This document shows, one piece after another, positions 18,419-28,868 of a DNA stretch of 64,000 nucleotides; the stretch's first letter is position 1; each line of letters begins with the position of its first letter. A program made the translations under genes and the position numbers. The notes under the pieces were generated by a model. The model did not search any database, was not told the DNA's origin, and saw only the letters and a program-made list of their open reading frames with translations. Origin of the DNA: an uncultured delta proteobacterium. GTDB taxonomy: Bacteria > Desulfobacterota > Binatia > UBA9968. The DNA lies in the NCBI GenBank assembly GCA_963728565.1, contig CAVSLC010000023.1, positions 192,001-256,000 of the forward strand, read 5' to 3'.

Positions 18419-18433
18419 GCACGGCGCGTGCCA
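18419..18433 (-). promoter_or_regulatory. sigma54 promoter for PRT/kinase
   Basis: TGGCACGCGCCGTGC (GG-N10-GC), divergent from 18570. Confidence 0.7.
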
Positions 18434-18472
18434 AATTCCAAGATCCATGAGGATAACTTAACGCGCCGAAAA

Positions 18473-18519
18473 TTTTCAATTTTGCAGTTTTAGGAACGAA
18501 TTTTTCGCAGTTCTTAAAA
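18473..18519. promoter_or_regulatory. Tandem enhancer sites
   Basis: TTTTCA-ATTT-TGCAGT (18473) and TTCGCA-GTTC-TTAAAA (18504), 31 bp apart. Confidence 0.5.
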
Positions 18520-18569
18520 TGAAATTGACGAAGACCCCAATCGATGGTTGGAGTCTTAGCCGCTCCGCT

Positions 18570-18584
18570 TGGCATTCGATATGC
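18570..18584 (+). promoter_or_regulatory. sigma54 promoter for HPF-CSD gene
   Basis: TGGCATTCGATATGC. Confidence 0.75.
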
Positions 18585-18636
18585 TCCTTTGAAGAATCAC
18601 ATCGTGATGGTCCACTGTAAAACGGGAGGTGCAACC

Positions 18637-19275
18637 ATTAACATTCCAATACAAATTACATTCAAAAACATGCTGGCTTCCGAGCCCATTGAAGCCAACA
18701 TTCGTGACAGAGCAGAAAAGCTGGAGTCCTTCTGCGATAAGATTATGGGCTGTCGGGTACTCGTCGAAGCGCCACACCACCACCATCGCGCAGGGCAGCG
18801 TTACCACGTCCGTATCGATCTCACCGTTCCAGGCCGGGAAATCGCCATCAAGCGTGCACCAAGGCTGGTTACCGCAAAGCCGTTGCGTTCTCAGAAAGAC
18901 GCCAATGGTCTGGAGCTGGAAGAGAGCCGGGAACCGAGCAAATACGCCGTCCATGACGATATCTTATTAGCGATTCGCGATGCGTTCGACGCTGCGCGCC
19001 GTAAGCTTCAGGACTATGCCCGCCGTGAACGTGGAGTAGTGAAGGTGCACGAGGGCTCCCCCCATGGCCGAGTTATCAAAGTTTTTCCGGAAGAAGGTTT
19101 TGGTTTCCTCGAAACGCACGACGGACGGGAAATCTATTTTCACGAACACAGCGTACTGGACTCCGGTTTCGCTGGGCTGAAGGTCGGGACCGAGGTGCGC
19201 TTCGTCGAGGAAGCCGGTGAAAAAGGTCCCCAAGCCAGTACGGTGATGCCGGTCAAGCACCATATGACGAGATGA
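18637..19275 (+). CDS. HPF/RaiA ribosome hibernation factor fused to a cold-shock domain
   Basis: IPIQITFKNM…CRVLVEAPH…YHVRIDLTVPGREI…AIRDAFDAARRKL; CSD GFGFLE…EIYFHEHSV…GEKGPQAS. The SD GGAGG points to an ATT start at 18637 (alternative ATG at 18607). Confidence 0.9.
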   Translation: MNIPIQITFKNMLASEPIEANIRDRAEKLESFCDKIMGCRVLVEAPHHHHRAGQRYHVRIDLTVPGREIAIKRAPRLVTAKPLRSQKDANGLELEESREPSKYAVHDDILLAIRDAFDAARRKLQDYARRERGVVKVHEGSPHGRVIKVFPEEGFGFLETHDGREIYFHEHSVLDSGFAGLKVGTEVRFVEEAGEKGPQASTVMPVKHHMTR

Positions 19276-19566
19276 ATCTTGCTAAACGAGATTTGCTAAC
19301 TTCGGCTCCAACGCAACGCTACCGTGGAAGAAAGTGCCCGCGGCACTTGAGGTACACTGATCGGACCGCAAGAGAGGTTTCCCCGGCGTGTGTTATTTCA
19401 CGAGTCCACGGGAAAATATTCCCGCGAAGATAACTTGTTCGTCGGTATTGATCTCGTCGAGGAATCTGAGAAGTATCGGCACGCCGTCCGACCCGAAGAC
19501 GCGCATTTGGTAAACGATTACTCCGTCCGATTCAACCGGTGCCAGCGCGCGGGACTAGATGATCGA

Positions 19567-19665
19567 TTCCGACGAATGCTAAAAAAAACCAGTCTTTCTT
19601 CATTGCTGCGATGATCGCACGATGAACTCTTTGATTGCGTGTGATGATTTGGGCATGGCAATTGC
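19567..19665 (+). promoter_or_regulatory. sigma54 promoter with degenerate tandem sites upstream of a short ORF and a USP
   Basis: GGGCATGGCAATTGC (19651-19665); TTCCGA-CGAA-TGCTAA (19567) and TCTTCA-TTGC-TGCGAT (19597). Confidence 0.65.
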
Positions 19666-20067
19666 GCATTACGTGAGAGAGGAGAAATTAAAGTGGACGT
19701 ACTCTTTTTGACACTTGCGAGACTGGCAAATGGAAGCTTCCATGTTGCTAGGCCGCTGACCCGGCCTAATCGCCACCAAAAAATCATCAAACGCGCGGCA
19801 TGCGAGGAGACCGCCAGGAACAAAGGTGCCAACAGCTCTTCAGCGAAGCCGAATAATAAGAGTTCGGCAAAGAAACATTGAGCGGCGGCATCGGAGTAAG
19901 AAGTGCCGCCTGAAAGGAGGCCGTGTGCTTTACTTAAGTGCCGGCCGAGAAGTCACTCGAGACGATCCTCGGGCATTTCTCTTCGGACTGGAAGGCGATA
20001 AATATGCTCGAGCGCGCGAGAAGGTCAGCTCAATGAGGCAGAGAAGAATTCGCCCTGAAAAAGGTTG

Positions 20068-20973
20068 ATGTATACCAAGTTGTTGATCCCATTGGACGGA
20101 TCGCGGCTAGCGGAAGGGGTTCTGCCTTACGCGCGTTTACTTGCACATGGGCTTGATGTGCCGGTCGAGCTCTTGCGCATCAACGATCCCGCCGAGAGTG
20201 GTTCCTATCTGGCACCCATTGACCGCGATGAATACTATGAAAAAATCGCAGCGTCTTTTTCAATGCCGACGAACGTTACGCATAGAGTTGAGGCGGGAAA
20301 CGCGGCTACTGCCATCGTCAGGCTCGGCGCTGCCCAACCAGGCGCTCTGATTGCGATGGTCAAGCACAGACAGCGCGGGCTTCAGCGCCGGCTATTGGGA
20401 AGCATTGCAGAGAACGTTCTACATAAAGCGACAAACGACTTGTTGTTAGTGCAGCCCTCAGACGACAGCCGTGGCGAGGCACGGTTAAACAGTGCTTTCG
20501 TACCATTGGACGGTTCCGACTTGGCCGAACGAGTATTATTCACCGTCACTGATCTAGCCACTCGATTGCAGTTGGAAATATGTTTGATGCATGTTGTGAT
20601 CCGTGTTTATTTCGGGCCGCCGGAGGGTTTTCTTCCCGTTTTCAGCGGAAATATCCCAAACCAGAAACAGCTCTGGGCGGAGGCCGCCGCCCAGGCAACC
20701 GAATATCTGGCTCGCAAAGTCGAGCAGTTACGTGCGCAAGGGGTGTCACGCGTTTCCTCAGTGTTGATCGAGGGCAGCGCCGAAGGAGCAGCGGCGGAGA
20801 TCATAGACCGGGGCAGCAAAAGTTCCAACACTTTGGTCATCATGAGCACGCCCGGTCGATCGGGTATCGGGCGCTGGCTGATCGGAAGCGTGACGGAAAG
20901 GGTGGTTCGTCACTCACTCAACCCGGTGCTGGTCACTCGCTCACACCCTAATGGGTTAGGTCGGTTCCGCTGA
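20068..20973 (+). CDS. Universal stress protein (tandem)
   Basis: MYTKLLIPLDGSRLAE…GSIAENVL…VPLDGSDLAE…GRSGIGRWLIGSVTERVVR. Confidence 0.93.
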   Translation: MYTKLLIPLDGSRLAEGVLPYARLLAHGLDVPVELLRINDPAESGSYLAPIDRDEYYEKIAASFSMPTNVTHRVEAGNAATAIVRLGAAQPGALIAMVKHRQRGLQRRLLGSIAENVLHKATNDLLLVQPSDDSRGEARLNSAFVPLDGSDLAERVLFTVTDLATRLQLEICLMHVVIRVYFGPPEGFLPVFSGNIPNQKQLWAEAAAQATEYLARKVEQLRAQGVSRVSSVLIEGSAEGAAAEIIDRGSKSSNTLVIMSTPGRSGIGRWLIGSVTERVVRHSLNPVLVTRSHPNGLGRFR

Positions 20974-21131
20974 AACCGGACCCAAGGCACAAGCCGACGC
21001 AGCCGCTGACGCAAAATCAGTGACCTGAATTCCATCTGAATACCGAGGTGGAATTGACATCCGTGCGGCATTCAAGCTTGCGCACGTGGGTCGAACTTTA
21101 TCGACGAGGTAAGTTTTGGACCTCTTAGATA

Positions 21132-22466
21132 TTGGTCATGCTCAAAGAAAAAATGACGAGAGCGCCAGCTGAAGCCGCCGAACGTGACTACCGGCGTGTC
21201 GTGAACGCATGGGCGATGTATGATTGGGCGAACTCCGCGTTTGCCGTCATCATGCTAACCGCGGTTTTCCCGGTGTACTATCGCTCTTTGGCTACGACCG
21301 CCGGGTACGCTGCCGAAGATGCAACCGCGTACTGGGCCTATACTACATCACTGTCTCTGCTGGTTGTTGCTCTGGTTGGCCCGGTGCTCGGGGCGATCGT
21401 CGATATACTTGGCGCCAAGAAGCAGTTCTTGGGCGTCGCTCTGGCATTGGGCGCATTGGGTTCGCTGAGCCTGGCGTTTTTGGGCAAGGAAACGCTCTTG
21501 CTGGGTGCTCTTGTGTTCGCGATTGCCAACCTGGGTTTTGCCGGCGGAAATATTTTTTACGAGGCCTTGCTTCCGGACGTGGCGCGGGTCGATGACATCG
21601 ACCGTGTTTCGGCGCGCGGTTATGCGCTGGGATATCTTGGCGGAGGGCTTCTTTTGATCATCAATATCCTTTGGCTCCTCCGGCCGGGTTGGTTTTGGAT
21701 GCCTGACCGGGAGTTTGCGTTGCGCGCGAGCTTTGCCAGCGTGGCGGTATGGTGGGTTGTTTTTGCTTTGCCGTTGTTTTACTCGGTGTCTGAGCCCGGA
21801 AGCCGCCGCCGGACGCCTATTTCGTTGAGCGTGATCACCAAAGGCTTGCAGCAACTACATCGCACGGTCAGCCGCATTGGGCACTACAAAGAGCTGGCGC
21901 TTTTTCTTCTCGCCTTCTGGATCTACAACGACGGCATCGGTACCATCATCAAAATCGCCACGGCTTACGGTGATGAAATCGGCATCGATCACAATCAGAT
22001 GCTGATCGCTCTTGTCTTAACTCAACTCATTGGCTTTCCGTGCACGCTTGGATTCGGCCTGCTCGCTCGTCTCCTCAGCGCGAAACGCGCCGTTTTGCTC
22101 GGGCTTGCCGCTTATATGATTATTTCGATTGCCGGCTTTTTCATGACAAATGCTTGGCACTTCTACGTGCTGGCGGCTGCCGTGGGCATCGTTCAAGGCG
22201 GGACGCAAGCGCTAAGCCGATCGTTGTTCGCGACCATGGTTCCCAAGACGCGTACCACGGAGTTTTTTGGCTTCTACAGTACCGGAGAGAAAGTAGCAGG
22301 TATCGTTGGACCAAGCATATTCGGGCTGGTGGGACAACTCACGGGTAGCAGTCGGTGGGGAATCGTATCCGTGATTGTGCTGTTTATCGCCGGCGCTGCG
22401 TTACTCTGGCGTGTAGACGAACGCGAGGGCCGGCGCGTGGCCGAAGCAGTGGAAGATTTTGCCTAA
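21132..22466 (+). CDS. MFS transporter, UMF1/Atg22-like family
   Basis: AWAMYDWANSAF, FYEALLP…DRVSARGYALGYLGG, YNDGIGT, GGTQALSRS, EFFGFY; about 12 TM segments. Confidence 0.9.
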   Translation: MVMLKEKMTRAPAEAAERDYRRVVNAWAMYDWANSAFAVIMLTAVFPVYYRSLATTAGYAAEDATAYWAYTTSLSLLVVALVGPVLGAIVDILGAKKQFLGVALALGALGSLSLAFLGKETLLLGALVFAIANLGFAGGNIFYEALLPDVARVDDIDRVSARGYALGYLGGGLLLIINILWLLRPGWFWMPDREFALRASFASVAVWWVVFALPLFYSVSEPGSRRRTPISLSVITKGLQQLHRTVSRIGHYKELALFLLAFWIYNDGIGTIIKIATAYGDEIGIDHNQMLIALVLTQLIGFPCTLGFGLLARLLSAKRAVLLGLAAYMIISIAGFFMTNAWHFYVLAAAVGIVQGGTQALSRSLFATMVPKTRTTEFFGFYSTGEKVAGIVGPSIFGLVGQLTGSSRWGIVSVIVLFIAGAALLWRVDEREGRRVAEAVEDFA

Positions 22467-22543
22467 GCTTATCCAGATGTGCGCAGCGAAGAAGAGCGGG
22501 AGGGCGGCAGAAGAATCCGTTAGCGGTACCTACAAATGCCGCC

Positions 22544-23167
22544 TTACCGTCGATCGACGAAGCGCTCGTCGAGCGTTTTAAGCTTCTCTACGATTCCTGT
22601 GTATTCCAACTCTGACATCGGCAGCATTGCGGCACCGAAGAAGCCTTGACGGCGCATACCGATGGCTTTTTTTGCAACGACGTCACGTACCGTATCCCAG
22701 AACGGGTGGGCGAAGGCGTCCACGGGCTCGGTCATCTTGCCGCGATGCATGGCAAAAGCAGCACAGCTAACCACGGGCGGCCCGTCGAAGTAGCTGATGC
22801 CTGAATTGAGCACGACGGGCATTAGCGGCATCTGGTGCGAGCCGCGCATCGCTCCGGCAACATAGGGGCCGATGGCATATGGGGAAAGAATCTCCCCTGT
22901 GGCTGGAAAATCCTTCTGCACACGGGCGAGCATCACGGGATCGTCTTTGCCGGTGTATTTGCCGGCAATGTTGTGTAACCGCGATGTCGAGACAGCTACC
23001 GCCTGTTCGGCTGTGCTACGCGACCAAACGGATTCCACCACATAACGCTCAGTGTCTCTCAGCAGGGTGGCGATGGCGTAGAGCTCCTCGGGCGCGTTTA
23101 ACTCGATGATGCGGTCGTGTTCCGTGCAATTCACATCCATGATGACAAACCTGAACCCGTCGCTCAT
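22544..23167 (-). pseudogene. C-terminal half of bifunctional FBP aldolase/phosphatase (class V FBPase)
   Basis: RLHNIAGKYTGKDDPV…GAMRGSH.MPLMPV…FDGPP…MRRQGFFGAAMLPMSELEYT; N-terminal half absent upstream. Confidence 0.85.
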
Positions 23168-23380
23168 GGCGGGATTAGGAGAGGATCCACCGTCGCAATA
23201 AAAACCACGCTACGGGGAATAACGTCTTGATCTATTCACCTCTTTTGAGACACTATTCCGGCTGAATCCGGCGCGCTGTAAGACCAGAGATTCCTTCCGA
23301 TAGGAATCGACGACTCCTCCTAGGGGAGGAGATATCTCCAGCCCAGCCATGATTGCCCCAGATCGATAGGGATACGCATA

Positions 23381-24774
23381 ATGCGACGCACAAAAATTAT
23401 ATGCACCGTTGGTCCTGCTATCGAATCAGCTGAGATACTTCGCAAGTTGGTGGAGGCCGGCACCGATGTCTTTCGTCTCAACTTCGCTCACGGAACGGTA
23501 AGCGGACACCAACTCATCATGGGCCGCATTAGCGACGTCGCGGAGGAGACCGGAAAGGCCGTTGCCATCTTTCAGGACTTAGCCGGTCCGTAGACCGGCT
23601 TGGCGTTTTCAAAGATGGATCGGTACGAGCTTCATGCCGGAGATCGATTCCGCCTCACGAGCGAGGACCTTCTCGGGAATCATGAACACGCTTCGGTTAG
23701 CTATTCCGAACTTCCTGACGAAGTGAGGCCAGGCCAAAGCATTATACTTGCCGATGGGACTGTGGAGCTCGAGGTCGAATCAACCGGCTCCACGCGACGA
23801 TCGTTTGCCGAGTCGTTCTCGGTGGAGTTATTACCAGTGACAAAGGCGTCAACGTGGTAGGAGGAACCTCAAGCTTGCCCGCCTTCACCGAGCGTGACCA
23901 GGAACTTCTTCTGTCCGGCCTTGAAGCATGTGTGGATCTGGTTGCACTCTCCTTTGTCCGCTCCGCGGTTGATGTTCAGTCTGCCCGAAGTTTCCTCGCG
24001 ACCCGCCGAGGCAAAGCTTCCTCTAATGGCGAAAATCGAGAAGCTCGAGTCGTTAGACATTATAGACGAAATCATTGCTGTCGCTGATTCCATCATGGTA
24101 GCGCGCGGCGATCTTGGTCTTGAAGTTCGATTGCGAAGTGCCGCATATCCAGAAGGAACTGATCGCCAAAGCGATCCAGGATGTCAAACCTGTGATGACA
24201 CTACATAGATGCTTCCTTCATGGTTGAAAAACCTCGACCACCGTGCGGAGGTAGTCTGACATTCTAACGCGGTACTCGACGGTTCCGATGCTTTGATGCT
24301 TTCAGAGGAAAGCACAGTGGGCGCCTATCCTGTGGAGGGAGTCAAGGATCTGGCAGAGATGCCGAGGTAGGAAGCCCGGCTTTTTGCCCGGCGTCACTTA
24401 ATTGCCTGTCTCCGATCAAGCATTCCGCCGCTGAAGCATGCGAATGTCGCAAGGTTGAGGCGCTCCAGGTCAAAGCGACAGCGATTATATGCTGCACCCG
24501 GACAGGCCAGACAGCTCGGCTTGTGGCCAAATACCGACCGGTCCAACCCATTATAGCTATCATCCCTGAGCCCCAAACCGTGCGGCCGCTCATGCTTGTC
24601 TGGGGTGTCCAGCCATTTCTGCTAGATGAATGCAGATCGATTGACGCAATGATAAAGGCGGCAATTGACCTTACTTCCAAAAAAAGGATTGTGAAGCCCG
24701 GAAAAGTAGTGATCGTGGCGGCCGCCCCATATTCTCCCCGAGGAGAAACGGATTTCCTCCGTGTTGCTAATTGA
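23381..24774 (+). pseudogene. pyk: Pyruvate kinase pseudogene
   Basis: RRTKIICTVGPA, FRLNFAHG, QDLAGP*, VALSFVR, AKIE…[20 protein letters not shown]; in-frame stops (about 23591 and 24206) plus several frameshifts. Confidence 0.9.
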
Positions 24775-24941
24775 ACTACGGACGGGGCGAGACGGTTGAG
24801 AAAAGAACGAGGTTACGGAACGACGCTGTCGCGCGTGCAGACGCCGATAGTTGCGTAAATCCCAAGGCATCGTTTTGCGGTGATCTAATGTCGCCTTAAT
24901 GCTCGTGGCTGCGCGTGGAAGATCAATCACCGGAGGGCTTT

Positions 24942-25055
24942 ATGAGACAGGAAATGGAACTCGTTGCGCTTATTATCCTGATATTTGTAACTTTGATTGT
25001 TCACCTGATCATCTCGTTTATGAGTTCTCGGCGAAACGGCACGACGCGTCGGTGA
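24942..25055 (+). CDS. Small single-pass membrane protein (37 aa)
   Basis: SD GGAGG then MRQEMELVALIILIFVTLIVHLIISFMSSRRNGTTRR*; below the ORF-track cutoff. Confidence 0.5.
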   Translation: MRQEMELVALIILIFVTLIVHLIISFMSSRRNGTTRR

Positions 25056-25260
25056 AAACGGAATGCAACCGGACGCACGAGCAAAACGACTTGGGCTTTG
25101 ATCTGGGATTGCTCACGAAGCGGCTTGGTAAATTCGAATTTTTCGCCAGTGACAATTAGGCGTTCGGACAAAGCGATATTTGTTTCAGGGACGCGGGCTT
25201 CCCTGCCACAGATGGCGCGCTTGGCTAAAGGATGCACTGCTTACCATGCGGAAGGTAAGG

Positions 25261-25542
25261 CCTAGCGGGACCAAGCTAGGCAATAGTCAGAAAGCTGCTC
25301 GGAATCTGGCGTAAAGAGTAAGCAGCCTATATACCAACAAGGCATCTCTTCTAGTTTGACATTTATTAAGTCAAACTTCCCAGCTGAGCGGCGGCCGATA
25401 TTTTTCTAACAAAAGAAGGCGCGAGCGGTGTTAACCATGATGCAAAGGTTGCATGTCAAGATATAATTGCGGCTCTGAGACAGTTCCTAGCGTGACCAAG
25501 CATGTATAGTTATAAAGCTGCTCGGAATCTGGCGTAACGAGT
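25261..25542. repeat. Imperfect direct repeat of about 58 bp (25261-25319, 25486-25542)
   Basis: Identical 24-mer AAAGCTGCTCGGAATCTGGCGTAA at 25291 and 25514, each preceded by CCTAGCG(G/T)GACCAAGC. Confidence 0.85.
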
Positions 25543-25659
25543 TTGTTTGTTCGCAAACCGAGGAGGGAGTAGTGGTTTGCTTAATGCAAGATGTTGCACG
25601 TCTGAAGACCTAATTGCCGCGTCTCATGTAGGGTCGTCGCCGGTCTCAAAGCGACATGT

Positions 25660-27840
25660 CTAATCAGCCGTGTCTTGCTCTGCTTCACCGGCCAATATTT
25701 TCTCGACCAATCTCCCCGCCGCAACATAATTGACCTTACCGTTTCCCAGCAGTGGTATGGAGCGGGTGATAAAAATCTTTTTCGGCAGGCCGATCGCACT
25801 GACTCGTTCATTCCGCGCGCGCTCCACAAGCGTCTGAAGTCTTGCGTCGCTGTAGTCCGTAAGAAGGATGAGCTCTTCGCCCTTACGCGCATCGGCGAAA
25901 TTGAAGACTGCGTGATGCTTTCTTGGCCAGGTCCGCTGCGCTAATTCTTCAATGGCCGCCAACGAGACCATCTCTCCGCCGATCTTGGCGAAGCGCTTGG
26001 CGCGGCCAATAATCCACATAAAGCCATCGTCATCCACCCGCACGATATCTCCGGTGTCATACCAGCCAGTGCCGCGCTCAGTTGCCGGCAGCGTGACGTC
26101 ACCGTGTCGTAGATAGCCGAGCATCACATTGGGCCCGCGAACGCACAGGCGCCCGCCGTCCTCGATGCCCGGCACGGGTTCGAGGTAGTACTCAACGGCG
26201 GGCAGCAGCCGGCCTACACTGCCCGGCCGGTATTGCATCGGCGTATTCACGGCCAGCACCGGACCGGTTTCCGTCGCGCCATAACCTTCCAAGAGCCGCA
26301 CGCCGAACTTCTCGACCCAAGCGCGGCGTGTTTCTTCCTGCAGCTTCTCGGCGCCGGCAAACACATAACGGATGCTGTAGAAATCGTAAGGATGGGCAAA
26401 ACGAGCATAGCCGGCAAGAAATGTATTAGTGCCGAACAGCAGTGTGACATTGTTCTCATAAGCGGTCTCTGGAATCCTACGGTAGTGCAACGGCGAAGGG
26501 TAGAGGAAGATTTTAACCGAGCAAAATAATGGCAACAGGGTTCCAGCCGTCAGGCCGAAAGAGTGAAACATCGGCAAGCTGGTCAACACCGTATCGCGCG
26601 CGTTTAAATCGATACGCGCGGCGATCTGGCTACAATTGGCAAGCAAACTATGATGTGACAGCGCTACCGCTTTTGGCAGCCCCTCGGAACCGGAAGTGAA
26701 AAGTACCACGGCAGGATCTTCGGGCCCGGTGTTGTCGGGTAATCGTCGATAAAGGCGCTCGGCAAAGTATCCGTTGAACCATCCCATGAGCTTGTCCAGA
26801 ATAGTGATCTTGGCGCGCAAATCTTCCAGGCAGATGACACGGATATACCTTTCCATTGCCGCTACGGTGTCGACCAGTCTAGCTGACTCGATAAAGCGGC
26901 GTGAGGAATAGACAGTGCGTATGCCCGCGGTCTCGCACGCCGTCATAATTCCTTGAGCGCCTGCCGTAAAGTTCAGCATTGCCGGTACCCGCCCCCGGAG
27001 TTGCAGCGCAAAGAAGGCTATCAAGGTAGCGACGGTGTTGGGCAGTAATAATCCGACATATTCTCTCGGCGCGGTATTCTGCGCGAATAGTTTAGCAAGA
27101 ATAAAAGCGCGGCTGATGAGCTGATTATAGGTGATAGGGGTGTGCTCATTATCTTCGACGATGACGTGTCGTCCGCTATGAACGCGGCGAGCATCGAGAA
27201 GAGCTTGAAACAAAGGCCGGTAATGATCGCCCGTGGCAAACATCATTTCGCTCATGATGTCGCTCAGCACTGTGGCGGCCCGGTTGCGCCGGGCGCGCCC
27301 CCGCAAGTGCTCGGGCAGGGAAATCCGGCGCGGCGGCTGTATCGATAGCGCAATACGCGGAAACCACCGCTGTTTGATACGACTGCCCAGATGCGTAAAA
27401 GGTGTATGTTGCGTGCCGTCGATGCGGATCGGCAGCACCAGAGCTTGCGATCTGTCAGCCAGCAGGCCAGGACCTTGGTAAACTTTCATCAAGCCGCCCG
27501 TAACGGTCAGACGGCCCTCCGGAAAGATCATGAGCTTCCGGTTCTCGGATAAGAATTTGATCAGCGACCGGGTCGATAGCGGGTTCGTCGTATCGATCGC
27601 GAAGAAATCCACCAAAGCAAGTGCGGGACGCACCCACCAGGCTTTGGCTATGCGACTGTCTACTGTAAACGTTACCCGGTCCGGCAGAAAAATTGCCAGG
27701 AGCACGCCGTCGAGGTAAGAGGCGTGGTTGGCGACAATAAGAACCCGATCTCCCGCTTTCTCGTAATTATCGAGACCGCTGATAGTGACGCGATAGAGCA
27801 TGCGGAAGAGCCGCTGCAAAAAAGCTTTGATGAATTCCAT
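25660..27840 (-). CDS. aas: Bifunctional 2-acylglycerophosphoethanolamine acyltransferase/acyl-ACP synthetase
   Basis: ANHASYLD and IFPEGR (PlsC domain); FTSGSEGLPK, EGYGATE, YDTGD, GRAKRFAKIGGEMVSL. Confidence 0.92.
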   Translation of the reverse strand: MEFIKAFLQRLFRMLYRVTISGLDNYEKAGDRVLIVANHASYLDGVLLAIFLPDRVTFTVDSRIAKAWWVRPALALVDFFAIDTTNPLSTRSLIKFLSENRKLMIFPEGRLTVTGGLMKVYQGPGLLADRSQALVLPIRIDGTQHTPFTHLGSRIKQRWFPRIALSIQPPRRISLPEHLRGRARRNRAATVLSDIMSEMMFATGDHYRPLFQALLDARRVHSGRHVIVEDNEHTPITYNQLISRAFILAKLFAQNTAPREYVGLLLPNTVATLIAFFALQLRGRVPAMLNFTAGAQGIMTACETAGIRTVYSSRRFIESARLVDTVAAMERYIRVICLEDLRAKITILDKLMGWFNGYFAERLYRRLPDNTGPEDPAVVLFTSGSEGLPKAVALSHHSLLANCSQIAARIDLNARDTVLTSLPMFHSFGLTAGTLLPLFCSVKIFLYPSPLHYRRIPETAYENNVTLLFGTNTFLAGYARFAHPYDFYSIRYVFAGAEKLQEETRRAWVEKFGVRLLEGYGATETGPVLAVNTPMQYRPGSVGRLLPAVEYYLEPVPGIEDGGRLCVRGPNVMLGYLRHGDVTLPATERGTGWYDTGDIVRVDDDGFMWIIGRAKRFAKIGGEMVSLAAIEELAQRTWPRKHHAVFNFADARKGEELILLTDYSDARLQTLVERARNERVSAIGLPKKIFITRSIPLLGNGKVNYVAAGRLVEKILAGEAEQDTAD

Positions 27841-28053
27841 GGCTAAAATCTGCAGAAATTTTGGGTTCGCACGCTCGAAACAATAGTCGTATTCAAAAGC
27901 AACTAACATACCGCCGCCACCAGCCGAACTGTCAGGTCTTGGGGGGGGCCGTACTGCTGACCGCAGAGTTGCGAATTAGCTGGAGGGAAAGAACTCGTTC
28001 GTGAGCTGAAAGAGACTTGGCTCTGCAGCGAGGGCGGGCGGCTGCCAAGGCCT

Positions 28054-28482
28054 CTATGGCCACAGCTCTTGAAGCGTCTTTGGGAGCAGGTGTTTGACTT
28101 TCTCGGTCTCTCCGGCATTGATGTGCCGCGCAAGGACCTTGAGAACCGAACGCATGACCTTCTCAGGGTCCACCGTGTCGTCGTCCCGAAACACAACCGC
28201 GATGTGATCCAGGAATTCGCTCTTGTGGCGCTCCCTCACCGGCTTTCCGGTGAGTTTCCATCCCTCATAGTAAATACCCCTTATGAGGATCGGCAATTGT
28301 GCTCCGAGATGAACGGCTTCCTCGTTGGTCAACCGGTCGCGCAGGGCATGCAACGCCGTGCGTAGAGCCAGGCACGCCTTCTGCGGCTTTTCTTCCCATC
28401 CGAGCTCGCGCATGAGATCATTTAACCATACCTGGGTTTTTTGCAGCGACGCATCGAAAACCTCTAAGACAGCGCTACTCAT
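28054..28482 (-). CDS. DUF2267 family protein
   Basis: VFDASLQKTQVWL…ALRTALHALRDRL…HLGAQLPILIRGIYYEGW…LP..LQELWP. Confidence 0.9.
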   Translation of the reverse strand: MSSAVLEVFDASLQKTQVWLNDLMRELGWEEKPQKACLALRTALHALRDRLTNEEAVHLGAQLPILIRGIYYEGWKLTGKPVRERHKSEFLDHIAVVFRDDDTVDPEKVMRSVLKVLARHINAGETEKVKHLLPKTLQELWP

Positions 28483-28655
28483 CGACGACTCCTCACTCCA
28501 TTTTCAGTGGACTACGGCGCGCGGAAACCACCCATTTCGGCTTGTTCTTCTCCTGGTGCAATTATGGCGCCGCCGATTTTAGCAATTCTAAGGAAGTATA
28601 AAGCCATGCCGTGGCCCCTGTGAAAACAGTCGAGCTGCAAGTCCGAAAGTTTATT

Positions 28656-28745
28656 TTCTCAGCAATGATAATTGGCAGCTTTCCTCATGTCATCCATGCG
28701 AACGACACCGCATCATTGAGGAATATCTCCTGGCATATCGGTTGC
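28656..28745 (+). promoter_or_regulatory. Tandem enhancer sites plus sigma54 promoter for HAD gene
   Basis: TTCTCA-GCAA-TGATAA (28656) and ATGTCA-TCCA-TGCGAA (28687), 31 bp apart; TGGCATATCGGTTGC (28731-28745). Confidence 0.8.
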
Positions 28746-28868
28746 GTTTCAAATTCTCTCTCGTATACGCGGATTTATTGGTCGTAGAACCGCAGTGCGC
28801 GCTATTTGCCGCAGCGGTAGAAAACCGATCTGCTTCAATAAGCCCAACAAGTCTGAGGAGGAGTGCAA

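Noticed and set aside
19693-20060. Short ORFs directly after the 19651 promoter
   Set aside because: SD and GTG present but no recognisable protein in any frame; probably a decayed gene, so not called.
21066-21081. sigma54-like CGGCATTCAAGCTTGC upstream of the MFS gene
   Set aside because: Spacing is 11, so non-functional as written.
25261-25542. Possible CRISPR array
   Set aside because: Only two copies, spacer far too long, no cas genes.
28596-28611. sigma54-like motif upstream of DUF2267 (28482)
   Set aside because: -24 element present but no GC at -12; at best degenerate.
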